Shown here in pieces: positions 18,209 through 27,285 of a stretch of DNA of 64,000 bases. The stretch is taken from assembly GCA_949031345.1 (NCBI GenBank), contig CARNVA010000010.1, positions 258 through 64,257 of the forward strand, in the 5' to 3' direction. The translations under genes and the position numbers were made by a program. Within the stretch, counting starts at the first letter, position 1. Each line of letters opens with the position of its first letter. The notes under the pieces are model-generated. The model worked only from the letters and a program-made list of their open reading frames with translations, was not told the origin of the DNA and did not search any database. Source of the DNA: an uncultured Eubacteriales bacterium (GTDB lineage Bacteria > Bacillota > Clostridia > Christensenellales > UBA1242).

Positions 18209-18882
18209 TATTCTTGTCCTCCTTTTGTATCAGACACTTTGTTATTGCCTAAAATTTCACCCTTGTAAATCCAGCATTTGATACCGATTTTACCAATCAT
18301 TGTATAAGCTGAATATTCACCATAGTCAATGTCTGCTCTAAGAGTGTGAAGAGGAACTGATCCTCTGAATTGTTTCTCAGTTTGAGCCTTTTCGTTGGCT
18401 TTTGTGAGAACGCCGCTTACTTGGATTTTGCAACCCTTAGCGCCAGCTTTCATAACTCTTTCAATAGCTTGCTTTAACGCACGCTTAGCAGCAACACGCT
18501 TTTCAAGTTGCATAGCAATGCTTTCTGCAACGAGTTGAGCGTCAAGGTCAGGTCTTTTAATTTCTTTAACATTTACAAGCAATAATTTTACTGGTCTGAC
18601 GAGTTTTGCGATTTCTTTTTTAATAACTTCAATGCCTGCACCCTTAGTACCAATAATCATACCAGGTTTTGAGGTGAAGATATTTACAACAAGCTTGTTT
18701 TCTGTTCTTTCAATAGTTACTTTTGAAATTGAACAAGCTTTATATTTCTTTTGGATGAAATTTTTTACATCTTGGTCTTCTTTAAGGTTTGCAGCAAAAG
18801 TCTTTTTGTCAGCATACCAAGTTGAATTCCAATCTTTGTTAATTCCAACTCTAAGTCCTATTGGACTAACCTTTTGTCCCAT
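18208..18882 (-). CDS. rpsC: 30S ribosomal protein S3
   Basis: [24 protein letters not shown]... with KH and S3-C domains. Confidence 0.97.
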   Translation of the reverse strand: MGQKVSPIGLRVGINKDWNSTWYADKKTFAANLKEDQDVKNFIQKKYKACSISKVTIERTENKLVVNIFTSKPGMIIGTKGAGIEVIKKEIAKLVRPVKLLLVNVKEIKRPDLDAQLVAESIAMQLEKRVAAKRALKQAIERVMKAGAKGCKIQVSGVLTKANEKAQTEKQFRGSVPLHTLRADIDYGEYSAYTMIGKIGIKCWIYKGEILGNNKVSDTKGGQE

Positions 18883-18883
18883 C

Positions 18884-19273
18884 TTAGCCTCCTACCACTT
18901 CATCAAGCACAATAGTGATGTGTGAAGTCTTTTTAAGTATGATATCGCCTGAGCCTTTAGCTCTTGCAGACATTCTTTTAAACATTGGTCCGCTTGTAGC
19001 ATAAGCTTCTTTAACAACAAGACTGTCTTTGTTTTTGCCCATGTTGTTTTCGGCGTTTGCAATTGCACTGTTGAGCACTTTCAAACTTTCATAAGCACCC
19101 TTGTCAGGCATATTTTCTAAGATTGCAACAGCTTCTTCTGCCTTCTTGCCTCTTACAAGGTCAAGAATGTAGGTAATCTTTGAAGGACTCATTCTTACAT
19201 ATTTTGCCTTCGCATAAGGATATTTCTTTGCTTTTGCAAGCTTTTCTGCTTTTAATCTAGTTCTTGTAGCCAT
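18884..19273 (-). CDS. rplV: 50S ribosomal protein L22
   Basis: AKAKYVRMSPSKITYILDLVRGKKAEEAVAILE...GPMFKRMSARAKG...KKTSHITIVL. Confidence 0.95.
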   Translation of the reverse strand: MATRTRLKAEKLAKAKKYPYAKAKYVRMSPSKITYILDLVRGKKAEEAVAILENMPDKGAYESLKVLNSAIANAENNMGKNKDSLVVKEAYATSGPMFKRMSARAKGSGDIILKKTSHITIVLDEVVGG

Positions 19274-19283
19274 TTTTTACTCC

Positions 19284-19568
19284 TTATTTCTTACCTGCTG
19301 CTGCAGCCGACTTTTTAGAATGTCCCTTGTAAGTTCTTGTTGGAGAAAATTCTCCAAGTTTATGTCCTACCATATCAGCTGTGCAGTAAACAGGGACATG
19401 TTTCTTTCCATTATGCACTGCGAAGGTAAATCCTACAAAATCAGGATAGATGGTAGAAGCTCTTGACCAAGTTTTGATAGGTCTTTTAACGCCTGACTCT
19501 TGCATCTCGGCAACCTTTTTTACAAGACTTGGATGAACATAAGGCTTTTTCTTTAATGATTTGCTCAT
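19284..19568 (-). CDS. rpsS: 30S ribosomal protein S19
   Basis: [12 protein letters not shown]...[31 protein letters not shown]...[18 protein letters not shown]. Confidence 0.97.
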   Translation of the reverse strand: MSKSLKKKPYVHPSLVKKVAEMQESGVKRPIKTWSRASTIYPDFVGFTFAVHNGKKHVPVYCTADMVGHKLGEFSPTRTYKGHSKKSAAAAGKK

Positions 19569-19579
19569 AATCTTCTCTC

Positions 19580-20407
19580 CTAATTAACTCTCTTAACCAT
19601 CAAGCGGTTAGAGCGATTTTTTCTCTTTCTAGTCTTGTATCCAAGAGCAGGTTTGTTCCATGGAGTAACAGGTGATGCCATTCCGACTGGGCTCTTACCT
19701 TCACCACCACCATGCTTGTGGTCGTTAGGGTTCATAGCTACACCGCGGACGCTTGGTCTTACACCCATGTGTCTCTTTCTACCAGCTTTACCGAGAGATA
19801 CAAGTTCGTGGTCAATATTTCCAACAGTACCAATTGTTGCTCTGCAAACGAGAAGCACTTTTCTCATTTCACCACTTGGAAGACGGATAGTTGCATATCT
19901 GCCCTCTTTAGCCATAAGTTGAGCTTCATTTCCGGCACTTCTTACAAGTTGACCACCCTTGTTTGGCTCAAGCTCAATGTTGTGAACAAGTGAGCCAACA
20001 GGAATTTGTGAAAGTGGAAGGCAGTTGCCGACTTTGATTTCAACATCGTTTCCACTCATAACTGTGTCACCATCTTTAAGACCTACAGGTGCAAGGATAT
20101 ATCTTTTCTCGCCGTCAGCATAACGAACAAGAGCAATATAAGCTGTTCTGTTTGGGTCATATTCAATTCCAACAACCTTTGCAGGAATGTTGTCTTTGCT
20201 TCTTTTAAAGTCGATTACACGATATTTTTGTCTGTTTCCGCCGCCTTGATGACGAACAGTAACTCTTCCTTGAGCATTTCTTCCAGCATGTTTGTCTTTC
20301 TTTTCAAGAAGAGATTTCTCAGGAGTCTTTTTTGTGATTTCTTCAAAGGAAGAGGTTGTATAAAATCTTCTTCCAGCTGAAGTAGGTCTATGAATTTTAA
20401 TTGCCAT
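19580..20407 (-). CDS. rplB: 50S ribosomal protein L2
   Basis: [28 protein letters not shown]...[22 protein letters not shown]. Confidence 0.98.
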   Translation of the reverse strand: MAIKIHRPTSAGRRFYTTSSFEEITKKTPEKSLLEKKDKHAGRNAQGRVTVRHQGGGNRQKYRVIDFKRSKDNIPAKVVGIEYDPNRTAYIALVRYADGEKRYILAPVGLKDGDTVMSGNDVEIKVGNCLPLSQIPVGSLVHNIELEPNKGGQLVRSAGNEAQLMAKEGRYATIRLPSGEMRKVLLVCRATIGTVGNIDHELVSLGKAGRKRHMGVRPSVRGVAMNPNDHKHGGGEGKSPVGMASPVTPWNKPALGYKTRKRKNRSNRLMVKRVN

Positions 20408-20427
20408 AATCTATACGCCTCCTATCC

Positions 20428-20730
20428 TTATGATAAGCTGTCGAAGAATGCGATTGACTTAGACTTTTCAGTGAGTGTAACAACTGCTTTTTTGTAGTCG
20501 CTTGTCTTTCCAACTGTTCTTCCGCCCTTAGTATTTTGAGTCTTTTTGTGACCCTTTACAATAACTGTATTTACTCTTTCCACCTTAACGCCGAAAAGCT
20601 CTTCAACTGCATTTGCAATTTGCACTTTATCAGCATTTTTTGCTACAACGAAAGTATAAACTTTGTTTGCAATTCCGCCATAACTTTTTTCTGTGAGAAG
20701 TGGTCTGATAATAATTTTATTTGCTTCCAT
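20428..20730 (-). CDS. rplW: 50S ribosomal protein L23
   Basis: [10 protein letters not shown]...[31 protein letters not shown]. Confidence 0.95.
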   Translation of the reverse strand: MEANKIIIRPLLTEKSYGGIANKVYTFVVAKNADKVQIANAVEELFGVKVERVNTVIVKGHKKTQNTKGGRTVGKTSDYKKAVVTLTEKSKSIAFFDSLS

Positions 20731-21356
20731 TATTCTGCGTACGCCTCCTCTAATGATTTGATGGCTGACTCAGTGATTACTATGTTCTTGTTTGCAACAA
20801 GCTCATAAACATTAAGGTCACATGCTTCAGCTATGCTCAAAGTCTTGATGTTTGCAGTTGCAAGTTTTACATTCTTATCGTTGCTGTCATTGATAACAAG
20901 CACACTCTTGTCAAACTTGAAAGCATTTAAGAAAGCTTGAGCTTCTTTAGTTTTTGGAGCAGAGAATTCAAACTTATCAAGAACAGTCACTTCGTTTTGA
21001 GCAAGCTTTTGACTGAGCGCTGAAACAAGAGCGCCTCTCTTCTTTTGCTTGTTGACTTTCTTAGAGAAATCTCTTGGCTTTGGAGCAAATACAACTCCAC
21101 CACCTGTCCATTGTGGGCCTTTCTTAGAGCCTTGTCTAGCTCTGCCAGTACCCTTTTGACGCCAAGGTTTCTTAGCGTGTCCTCTTACTTCACTTCTTGT
21201 AAGGGTTGATTTTGTACCCTGTCTTTGATTTGCATTGTATGCAACAACAACTTCGTGAATAAGAGCTTCATTGTAATCAGCAGCGAAGAGCGCGTCAGGT
21301 AAACTAATTTGACCGATTTCGCTAGCCTGCATATTGTATACTTTTACTTTTGCCAT
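20730..21356 (-). CDS. rplD: 50S ribosomal protein L4
   Basis: [44 protein letters not shown]...[13 protein letters not shown]. Confidence 0.97.
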   Translation of the reverse strand: MAKVKVYNMQASEIGQISLPDALFAADYNEALIHEVVVAYNANQRQGTKSTLTRSEVRGHAKKPWRQKGTGRARQGSKKGPQWTGGGVVFAPKPRDFSKKVNKQKKRGALVSALSQKLAQNEVTVLDKFEFSAPKTKEAQAFLNAFKFDKSVLVINDSNDKNVKLATANIKTLSIAEACDLNVYELVANKNIVITESAIKSLEEAYAE

Positions 21357-21367
21357 GACTTACTCCT

Positions 21368-22012
21368 TTAATTTCCCTTAACTGCTTCACGGATGGTAAC
21401 AACCGAACCTTTAGGTCCAGGAATGCAGCCTTTAACAAGGATAACATTTCTTGCAGGGTCAACCTTAACAATTTCAAGGTTTTGAATAGTAACCCTTTCT
21501 ACACCATAGTGACCAGGCATATTTTTGTTTTTGAAAACTCTTGATGGTGTTGAGTTTGCACTCATAGATCCGACTTCTCTATGAACAGGTCCTGTACCGT
21601 GAGTCATCTTAAGTCTGTGTTGATTCCATCTTTGGATAACACCAGTAAAACCGCGACCACGAGTTGTTCCTGTAACGTCTACTTTATCTCCTTCGCCAAA
21701 GATATCAGCTTTGATTTCTTGACCAAGAGTATATTCACTTGCATTTTCAAATTTCAATTCTTTTAAAATTCTGTAAGTATCAACGCCTGCTTTTTTGAAA
21801 GCACCTGTCATAGGCTTGTTTACTCTTTGAGCTTTTTGCTTGTCGAATGCAACTACGACAGCATCATATCCGTCCTTTTCATTGTTCTTAACTTGAACAA
21901 CTGGGCATGGACCTGCCTCTACAACAGTTACTGGGATAACTACGCCTTCTGGAGTGAAGACTTGAGTCATACCAAGTTTCTTACCAATAATAGCTTTTTT
22001 CATTGTTCTCAT
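21368..22012 (-). CDS. rplC: 50S ribosomal protein L3
   Basis: IIGKKLGMTQVFTPEG..IPVTVVEAGPC...GTTRGRGFTGVIQRWN. The true start may be the internal ATG at 22001-22003 (MKKAIIGKK). Confidence 0.96.
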   Translation of the reverse strand: MRTMKKAIIGKKLGMTQVFTPEGVVIPVTVVEAGPCPVVQVKNNEKDGYDAVVVAFDKQKAQRVNKPMTGAFKKAGVDTYRILKELKFENASEYTLGQEIKADIFGEGDKVDVTGTTRGRGFTGVIQRWNQHRLKMTHGTGPVHREVGSMSANSTPSRVFKNKNMPGHYGVERVTIQNLEIVKVDPARNVILVKGCIPGPKGSVVTIREAVKGN

Positions 22013-22021
22013 CTTCCTCCA

Positions 22022-22330
22022 TTATAGTTTAATTTTAATATCCACACCAGCTGGAAGGTCAATCTTCATAAGCGCGTCAACTGCCTTAGCGTTTGGTGAA
22101 TAGATATCAATAAGTCTTTTGTGAGTCCTTGACTCAAATTGTTCACGACTGTCTTTGTATTTGTGTGGTGAACGAATTACGGTAACCACTTCTCTATCTG
22201 TTGGAAGTGGGATAGGCCCAGCGACTTTAGCGCCAAACTTTTCAGCAGTATCGATTATTCTTTTGCAAGCTTCGTCGATAAGGCTGTGTTCAAAGGCCTT
22301 CAATTTAATTCTAATAACTTGTGTTGCCAT
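22022..22330 (-). CDS. rpsJ: 30S ribosomal protein S10
   Basis: [44 protein letters not shown]. The start was set at the ATG at 22328-22330, which is preceded by AGGAGG. The ORF-track start at 22363 would add 11 non-conserved residues. Confidence 0.96.
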   Translation of the reverse strand: MATQVIRIKLKAFEHSLIDEACKRIIDTAEKFGAKVAGPIPLPTDREVVTVIRSPHKYKDSREQFESRTHKRLIDIYSPNAKAVDALMKIDLPAGVDIKIKL

Positions 22331-22593
22331 TAAATATAATACCTCCTGTAATAGCAATGCCAACCATTCCCTTTTAAATCAACTTGAAGTCATCTCAATC
22401 TCATCAATAAACCAAGCTTTCTTTAAAATGTAACACACGAAACACTTGCCCATGTGTATCACGCTGCAGGGAATTAAAAAATGTGATTTTTTGGTTGGTC
22501 GCCCGCGGTCGTTGCCACGAACTTGTCCACATAAATTCTCCTTTGATTGCAGGTAATCAAGGTAACTTTATGCATCAACCCATAATTCACAGC
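22331..22593 (-). promoter_or_regulatory. long structured 5' leader of the S10 operon (candidate r-protein autoregulatory RNA)
   Basis: About 260 nt lie between the predicted TSS and the rpsJ ATG. The leader has a 9-bp stem GUGAUACAC/GUGUGUUAC, a hairpin UUGAUU-ACCUGC-AAUCAA, and a GC-rich block GGCAACGACCGCGGGCGACCAACC. The CCAACC of that block can pair with GGUUGG just upstream of the rpsJ SD. Confidence 0.5.
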
Positions 22594-22599
22594 TTCCCT

Positions 22600-22628
22600 A
22601 TTATACCAAATTAAGCAAAGCAAGTCAA
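22600..22628 (-). promoter_or_regulatory. sigma-70 promoter of the S10-spc-alpha cluster
   Basis: Minus strand reads TTGACT (22623-22628), a 17-nt spacer, then TATAAT (22600-22605). Confidence 0.7.
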
Positions 22629-22856
22629 CTACTTTTTGCAACTTTTTTAACTTTTTTAAAGCACTATATTTTTATTTTTAAAGCAGCTTATTTACACAAA
22701 AATCAACGATTTCAAAATGATATTATAATATGTTATATAATTTATATAATATATATTTATATATAATAAGAGCGTCACCTCTTCTTTTCTAAAAAACCAC
22801 CGCTTCAAAATGTCTGTCACCACTTTGACAAATTGTTGCTACAACACCTATCACAC

Positions 22857-22888
22857 AAAAAAAAAGACCTAAAGCTGCATTTAAGTCT
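22857..22888 (-). terminator. rho-independent terminator ending the acidic-protein/PIN-like transcript
   Basis: Minus strand reads AGACUUAAA-UGCAGC-UUUAGGUCU (9 bp including one G-U pair) followed by U8-9. Confidence 0.65.
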
Positions 22889-23070
22889 TTTTGTTTTTAT
22901 AATTCATTTTCGTCTTCTTTGCGAGTTGCAGATAAAGCAATTCCAACGCCTATACCCATACAAGCACCGCCACCTGCCGAAAAAACATGCAATATATATC
23001 ATACTTTCTTTTTTCAGCCTCAAGCTTTGCATATTCTTCATTCCCAGACAAGTCAATAGTGACTTTTTAT

Positions 23071-24132
23071 TTATGAAATCTCAATTTCAGCATCAAACGC
23101 CTGTTTTTTGCTTTCACGCTCTGTAAGAGTAAAGCTGCTTTGTTTTTCTGGGACAGAATAAAGTCCGGTAATAAACTCTTCTGCTGAATATACTCTTGCA
23201 TCAGTTGTGAAATCAAGACTTGCATTTACGCCGTCAATGTGGTTTCTGATGTTTTCATTGTTTGTTTTAATTGATTTGTCAAAGATAAAGTCTTTGCCAT
23301 TATTTGTGACCAAAATCATACCAGCGATATTTGCAATAGCGGCAATCTTTGAATCTCCAAATATACCAACAGAATTTATATCTTCCGCCATAGGTTTAAC
23401 ATTATCTACTCCAACTTGTTCGGTACGATATTCTCTTGCAAGAGAGGATATTTCTTCTCTAACAGCTTTTGTCGCCCGTACAAAAATTGTAAAATTTCTT
23501 GCCAAAGACTCTACTTCAGGTTTAGACCAAGTCACCCAACCAGCGTCACTCTTTCTTTGTTTAGTATGCTCATGAATTTCTTCAAAAGAGATATAAGGCA
23601 CACAAAGCCTATATTTCCCCTCTACAGCACCCTGAAAAATTATGCCATCATTGATAGACTCCCTTAAAAGCCTGTAAGCATTCATATCTTTTTCAATGTC
23701 ACTGAATTTTGTAAGCGAATTAAGCTCTGCCTGCATTCTTTCTGCATCCAATGCAGACTTATCTCTTTTTGATTGAGGAATATTTGGCTCTTTTCTATAA
23801 ACAGCCTCATTATCTTTTATAAAGTCAACAACCTCTCCCACACTTAAATGCCTTTTAAGTTGAATCTCTGAAATCAACTTGGCTTCACGATTGTTTACAT
23901 ATTCTTTATATTTCTCCAGCTTTTCATCAAAAGATAAATTGGCATACTTTTTATTAAAAACTTCGCCAAAGCTTTCTGTTAATTTTTCTTCCTTTTTCTT
24001 TAACGTTTTGATTCTGCTGTTTATGAAATCACCCAAACTTTCACGCCCATACTTTTCAATGTGATTATTATAATCAATCATCTTAAAAAATACACAAGAA
24101 TCAATCATAACATCTATTCTTTCACTTGCCAT
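23071..24132 (-). CDS. PIN-like nuclease-fold protein with a ~155-aa helical insertion (putative toxin or effector)
   Basis: The first strand is IDVMIDSCVFF (D11). The distal motifs are YRLCVPYISFEEI (E184/E185) and FGDSKIAAIANIAGMILVTNNGKDF (D260, N277/N278, D281). These fit the PIN pattern D-E-D-(D/N). Residues ~20-173 are a Lys/Glu-rich helical insert. Confidence 0.55.
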   Translation of the reverse strand: MASERIDVMIDSCVFFKMIDYNNHIEKYGRESLGDFINSRIKTLKKKEEKLTESFGEVFNKKYANLSFDEKLEKYKEYVNNREAKLISEIQLKRHLSVGEVVDFIKDNEAVYRKEPNIPQSKRDKSALDAERMQAELNSLTKFSDIEKDMNAYRLLRESINDGIIFQGAVEGKYRLCVPYISFEEIHEHTKQRKSDAGWVTWSKPEVESLARNFTIFVRATKAVREEISSLAREYRTEQVGVDNVKPMAEDINSVGIFGDSKIAAIANIAGMILVTNNGKDFIFDKSIKTNNENIRNHIDGVNASLDFTTDARVYSAEEFITGLYSVPEKQSSFTLTERESKKQAFDAEIEIS

Positions 24133-24134
24133 AA

Positions 24135-24380
24135 TTATTTCCTCTTTTTACCATCTTCATTTTCTGAAATCTCAAGAGTTTTCATTCCAACTTCTTCAGC
24201 AAACGCATCCGCCACCCTTACAGTCTCATCCATATCGCGTTCTTCTCTGTTCCATTCTTCATGCTGTTTTTCAAATGCCGCATGTTTTTCAAGCAAAGCA
24301 TCAAGCTCCTGTTCACTCTCTTCCCAATCAGCTTTCTTTTCTTTAAGCTTTTTGTCCTCAAACTTATCTTTATCTTCCAT
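24135..24380 (-). CDS. 81-aa hyper-acidic coiled protein (putative antitoxin or partner)
   Basis: MEDKDKFEDKKLKEKKADWEESEQELDALLEKHAAFEKQHEEWNREERDMDE..., with AAGGAGG as the SD. Its stop lies 2 nt before the PIN-like ATG. Confidence 0.6.
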   Translation of the reverse strand: MEDKDKFEDKKLKEKKADWEESEQELDALLEKHAAFEKQHEEWNREERDMDETVRVADAFAEEVGMKTLEISENEDGKKRK

Positions 24381-24430
24381 GCCCGCCTCCTTTTGCGTTT
24401 ATTTTTAAATAAACCGCTTATCTTAATTTT

Positions 24431-24458
24431 ATTATAACACAAAAGCCTCAAATGTCAA
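24431..24458 (-). promoter_or_regulatory. strong sigma-70 promoter of the acidic-protein/PIN-like pair
   Basis: Minus strand reads TTGACA (24453-24458), a 16-nt spacer ending in TGT, then TATAAT (24431-24436). Confidence 0.65.
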
Positions 24459-24485
24459 TTCCAAGGCTCAAAATATCCATTATAA

Positions 24486-24514
24486 AAACAAAAAAGTGTA
24501 AAAACTTACACTTT
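24486..24514 (-). terminator. terminator after the 24523..25080 gene
   Basis: Minus strand reads AAGUGUAA-GUUU-UUACACUU followed by a U-run. Confidence 0.55.
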
Positions 24515-24522
24515 TAGCCAAT

Positions 24523-25080
24523 TTAATTCTTTTCATCTTCGTTTTGTTCAAATTCAGCAGCATTAAATAAAATGCTTTGTCCTTCCGCATTATCTACTCC
24601 AATCAATTCTTGAAGCTCATTTCCTTTCCACTTTGATTCCATCAAGCAATAAAGTCCACCCATCACGCTCGCAATAGACACACCAAGCATTGCCAAAGTA
24701 TAAATCTGTCTTGATTTCATAAAGCCTTCAACTTTGTTATAGCTTTCTGTGTCACCATTTTCGTCAAAATATTCCTGCACCCCTGACAACTGTCCATAAT
24801 GATTTAAATAGGCAACATAAACATCTCTTGAAATTTCTTTATCATTAAACTGTTGTTCATACTCGGCTTTTTTCTCTTCAGCATATTCGTAATAACCAGT
24901 CTCTTCTAAAACGGCATCAATCTTCTTGTCAAATGGAATTGTTCCAAAAATTGCAACACACATTGAGCCCACAGACGCTAAAGCAAGCGCAAAGCCGGCA
25001 ATAAATGTTGCCTTTTCTTTTTTCTTTAAAATTGCAACCTTTTCTCTGAAAGCTAAATTTTTATTCTTTTTCATTTTCAT
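24523..25080 (-). CDS. hypothetical two-pass membrane protein
   Basis: 185 aa. TM1 is FIAGFALALASVGSMCVAIFG, followed by an acidic Tyr/Glu-rich loop of about 90 aa, then TM2 IYTLAMLGVSIASVMGGLYCL. Confidence 0.6.
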   Translation of the reverse strand: MKMKKNKNLAFREKVAILKKKEKATFIAGFALALASVGSMCVAIFGTIPFDKKIDAVLEETGYYEYAEEKKAEYEQQFNDKEISRDVYVAYLNHYGQLSGVQEYFDENGDTESYNKVEGFMKSRQIYTLAMLGVSIASVMGGLYCLMESKWKGNELQELIGVDNAEGQSILFNAAEFEQNEDEKN

Positions 25081-25093
25081 TTTCTTTCTTTTT

Positions 25094-25651
25094 CTACAAA
25101 TCTATTTCTTCTTCATCTTCGTTTTTATGTTCTGGAAATCTTTTCCAAAGCTCGTTCCATCTTCCAGCACCCTGTTCAAGAACAAAGCCTTCACCTTTGA
25201 AAAGCTCATCAAACTTAAACTCGCCTTTAAAGCAAGGATAATATCTTCCATTGATAGATCCCGCCCCGCACAATTTTGAAATTTGTTCCAGCTGCTTAAG
25301 CATTTCAACAGCAATAGTGTGACGATTTTCTACTTCAAGGTCAACATTCAAAAGCATAAGGTCAACAATATTGTCCAAGCGATAACTCAATTGTCCAACA
25401 ATTTCACCGCCCTCATTGAACGCTTTAATCACATAATAAGGGGTAGCACCTTCCTCATCTCTTTCCTTAGAAAAGCGAAATTCAATCATTTCTTTCATGT
25501 CATTGTTTGTAAGACTCATTCTTTCAAAAGAGATTTTTTCAATAAGCTTTTTGCCTTTATCTTCGCCCAGTCTTTTGATTATTTTAAATTCTTCAGTATA
25601 GCTTTCAGTCATTCTTTCTTCAATTTCTTTTTTGCCAAGCCTATAAGCCAT
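25094..25651 (-). CDS. hypothetical cytoplasmic protein (weak GNAT-like strand-helix pattern, not assignable)
   Basis: 185-aa ORF lying 13 nt upstream of the membrane-protein gene. The stretch GEIVGQLSYRL...LLNVDLEVENRHTIAVEMLKQLEQISK is only loosely acetyltransferase-like. Confidence 0.55.
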   Translation of the reverse strand: MAYRLGKKEIEERMTESYTEEFKIIKRLGEDKGKKLIEKISFERMSLTNNDMKEMIEFRFSKERDEEGATPYYVIKAFNEGGEIVGQLSYRLDNIVDLMLLNVDLEVENRHTIAVEMLKQLEQISKLCGAGSINGRYYPCFKGEFKFDELFKGEGFVLEQGAGRWNELWKRFPEHKNEDEEEIDL

Positions 25652-25787
25652 ACCAACCTCCTAAGCAACGATTTGATTTCTTTGCAAAACCCAAATAATC
25701 AAAGTGTTTTGCAAATATAATTTTTATTTATTATATCATTCAACAGCCCCAAAGTCAATATCCAAACTGACAGAATATATTTTTTTC

Positions 25788-25816
25788 TTGCCTATTTTAG
25801 TGAAGAATGCTATAAT
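25788..25816 (+). promoter_or_regulatory. sigma-70 promoter of the CAT-like gene
   Basis: TTGCCT (25788-25793), a 17-nt spacer, then TATAAT (25811-25816). AAGGAG lies before the ATG. Confidence 0.55.
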
Positions 25817-25852
25817 TAAAGCAATTAAAAAAGGGATATTTAAGGAGAAAAA

Positions 25853-26515
25853 ATGGCTGAATTTGAACAAATTGACATGTCAAAAACGACAAGAGAAGGC
25901 ACATATAAATGGTTTAAATCTTTTTCAAACACCACCTATGGAATAAATGCTGAGCTTGACATTACCAAGCTTTTGACGCTGTCTAAAAAGCGTGGCGACT
26001 CATTTTTTATCAATATGCTTTATATTGTTACGCGTGGAGTAAACAGCGTTGATGAAATGAGAATAAGACTTGTTGGCGACCAGCCAGTAAAATACAAAGA
26101 GGTTCACCCTGGCATAACCGTTATGACAGAGGCTGGCACCTATGAAAATGCAAATTTAAAATATTATGAAGATTATAAGACCTTTTATCAAGAAGCAAAA
26201 AAAATCATTGATGAAACAAAAAGGCATACACGACCAATTAAAAGAGATTACAACCCTAAAAACACTTGGGACGATGTCTACATCACCTGCCTGCCATGGC
26301 TTTCATTTACTCAAATGACACACCCTATTCCAGATTGCAAATCCTCACAAAGTATACCACGACTTTGCTGGGGCAAGTATTATCAAAATGGCGAAAAAAC
26401 AATGATAACTCTCAACATCACAGTCAGTCACATGTTTGTTGACGGCTACCCACTTTCACAGACATTTATTGAAATACAAAAACTTCTTGACGAGGCTGAA
26501 AAATATCTTATTTAA
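25853..26515 (+). CDS. cat: type-A chloramphenicol O-acetyltransferase family protein
   Basis: 220 aa, the size and layout of the CAT family. The motif NITVSHMFVDGYPLSQ occupies the position of the catalytic HHAVCDGYH motif, with His and Asp retained. The N-terminal YKWFKSF...TYGINAELDIT also resembles CAT. Confidence 0.6.
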   Translation: MAEFEQIDMSKTTREGTYKWFKSFSNTTYGINAELDITKLLTLSKKRGDSFFINMLYIVTRGVNSVDEMRIRLVGDQPVKYKEVHPGITVMTEAGTYENANLKYYEDYKTFYQEAKKIIDETKRHTRPIKRDYNPKNTWDDVYITCLPWLSFTQMTHPIPDCKSSQSIPRLCWGKYYQNGEKTMITLNITVSHMFVDGYPLSQTFIEIQKLLDEAEKYLI

Positions 26516-26565
26516 ACAAAAAGTCTAAAAATCAAACAATTTTTAATCAAAAATCAAGAAAAAAC

Positions 26566-26597
26566 ATAAAAAAACAGCAAATTTTGCTGTTTTTTTA
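26566..26597. terminator. bidirectional terminator between convergent genes
   Basis: A-run, CAGCAAA-TT-TTGCTG, T-run. Confidence 0.6.
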
Positions 26598-27179
26598 ATC
26601 TTTATAATAATCTTCATCTATAGATGGCAATTCTTCTTCATCTTCCCCTAAATCAATATCTTTACCTAAACTTTGCTTGCTTGACTGCGCCTTATTATCA
26701 ACAAAAGTGCTTTTCAATTTTTGACCATTAAATTTTTCATATAAATATTCAAGTCTTTCCAAACTCTTCTTAAATTCCTTGAGTTTAACTGGGGTCTTAA
26801 GTTTGATTGAGGGAGTAAGACCTAAAGTATTTTTAGAGAAAAAAATTTCAGATGTTACAGTTTTATTTTCACCCATCACCGCTTTTACCTCTGTCAAATT
26901 ATTCAAGTTTACAAAAGCATTTTGATAAGTTAATATAGAATAAAAACTATCGGTAAAATAATCGCCCATACACCTTTCGAGAGCTTCATAATCATTATCA
27001 AAATACTCACTTCTACTTACTTCATAGGTTAATGGAATTGTGCTTCCGTCTGCCATGTATGCAATCAAAAAATACACTAAATTTCCATTGCCTATATCTT
27101 TTTGCCTAGTTGCGATAATATTGACATCTTCAGGATTTCTTATTTGCTTAATATTGTTTTTTATAAAAAGCTTATGCAT
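26595..27179 (-). CDS. hypothetical protein, paralogue family A (possible LytTR-like fold, weak)
   Basis: The N-terminus MHKLFIKNNIKQIRNPEDVNIIATRQKD parallels MDKDLIKENLKLIRNSEDVNYIIATKKD of 30036..30497. The stretch FYSILTYQNAFVNLNNLTEVK recalls the LytTR F..hrS.iVNl..i pattern. The tail is acidic (EDEEELPSIDEDYYKD). Confidence 0.6.
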   Translation of the reverse strand: MHKLFIKNNIKQIRNPEDVNIIATRQKDIGNGNLVYFLIAYMADGSTIPLTYEVSRSEYFDNDYEALERCMGDYFTDSFYSILTYQNAFVNLNNLTEVKAVMGENKTVTSEIFFSKNTLGLTPSIKLKTPVKLKEFKKSLERLEYLYEKFNGQKLKSTFVDNKAQSSKQSLGKDIDLGEDEEELPSIDEDYYKD

Positions 27180-27285
27180 AACCTCTCCTCATTTTAATTA
27201 TTATAACATTTATTATTTTCTTTTTCAATATTTGAAAACAAAAAAAGCGCAAATTTAATACGCTTTTTTATTTAAATTTTTAAGA

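Noticed and set aside
22331-22363. The extended rpsJ start given in the ORF track ([11 protein letters not shown]...).
   Set aside because: The AGGAGG SD lies inside that extension and precedes the ATG at 22328-22330. The conserved S10 N-terminus starts at [10 protein letters not shown].
22404-22532. A 42-codon ORF with a good SD (AAGGAGAATTTATG) inside the S10 leader (MWTSSWQRPRATNQK...).
   Set aside because: It runs through the GC-rich block using codons (CGA, CCG, CGG, GCG) that are otherwise rare in this AT-rich genome, and its SD is partly buried in a hairpin. RNA structure is the likelier explanation than a leader peptide, though Ribo-seq could revisit this.
22833-23126. A 97-aa plus-strand ORF overlapping the terminator and the 3' end of the PIN-like gene.
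   Set aside because: It crosses a strong bidirectional-looking hairpin and the end of a convergent gene, and it has no SD and an unusual composition. It is treated as spurious.
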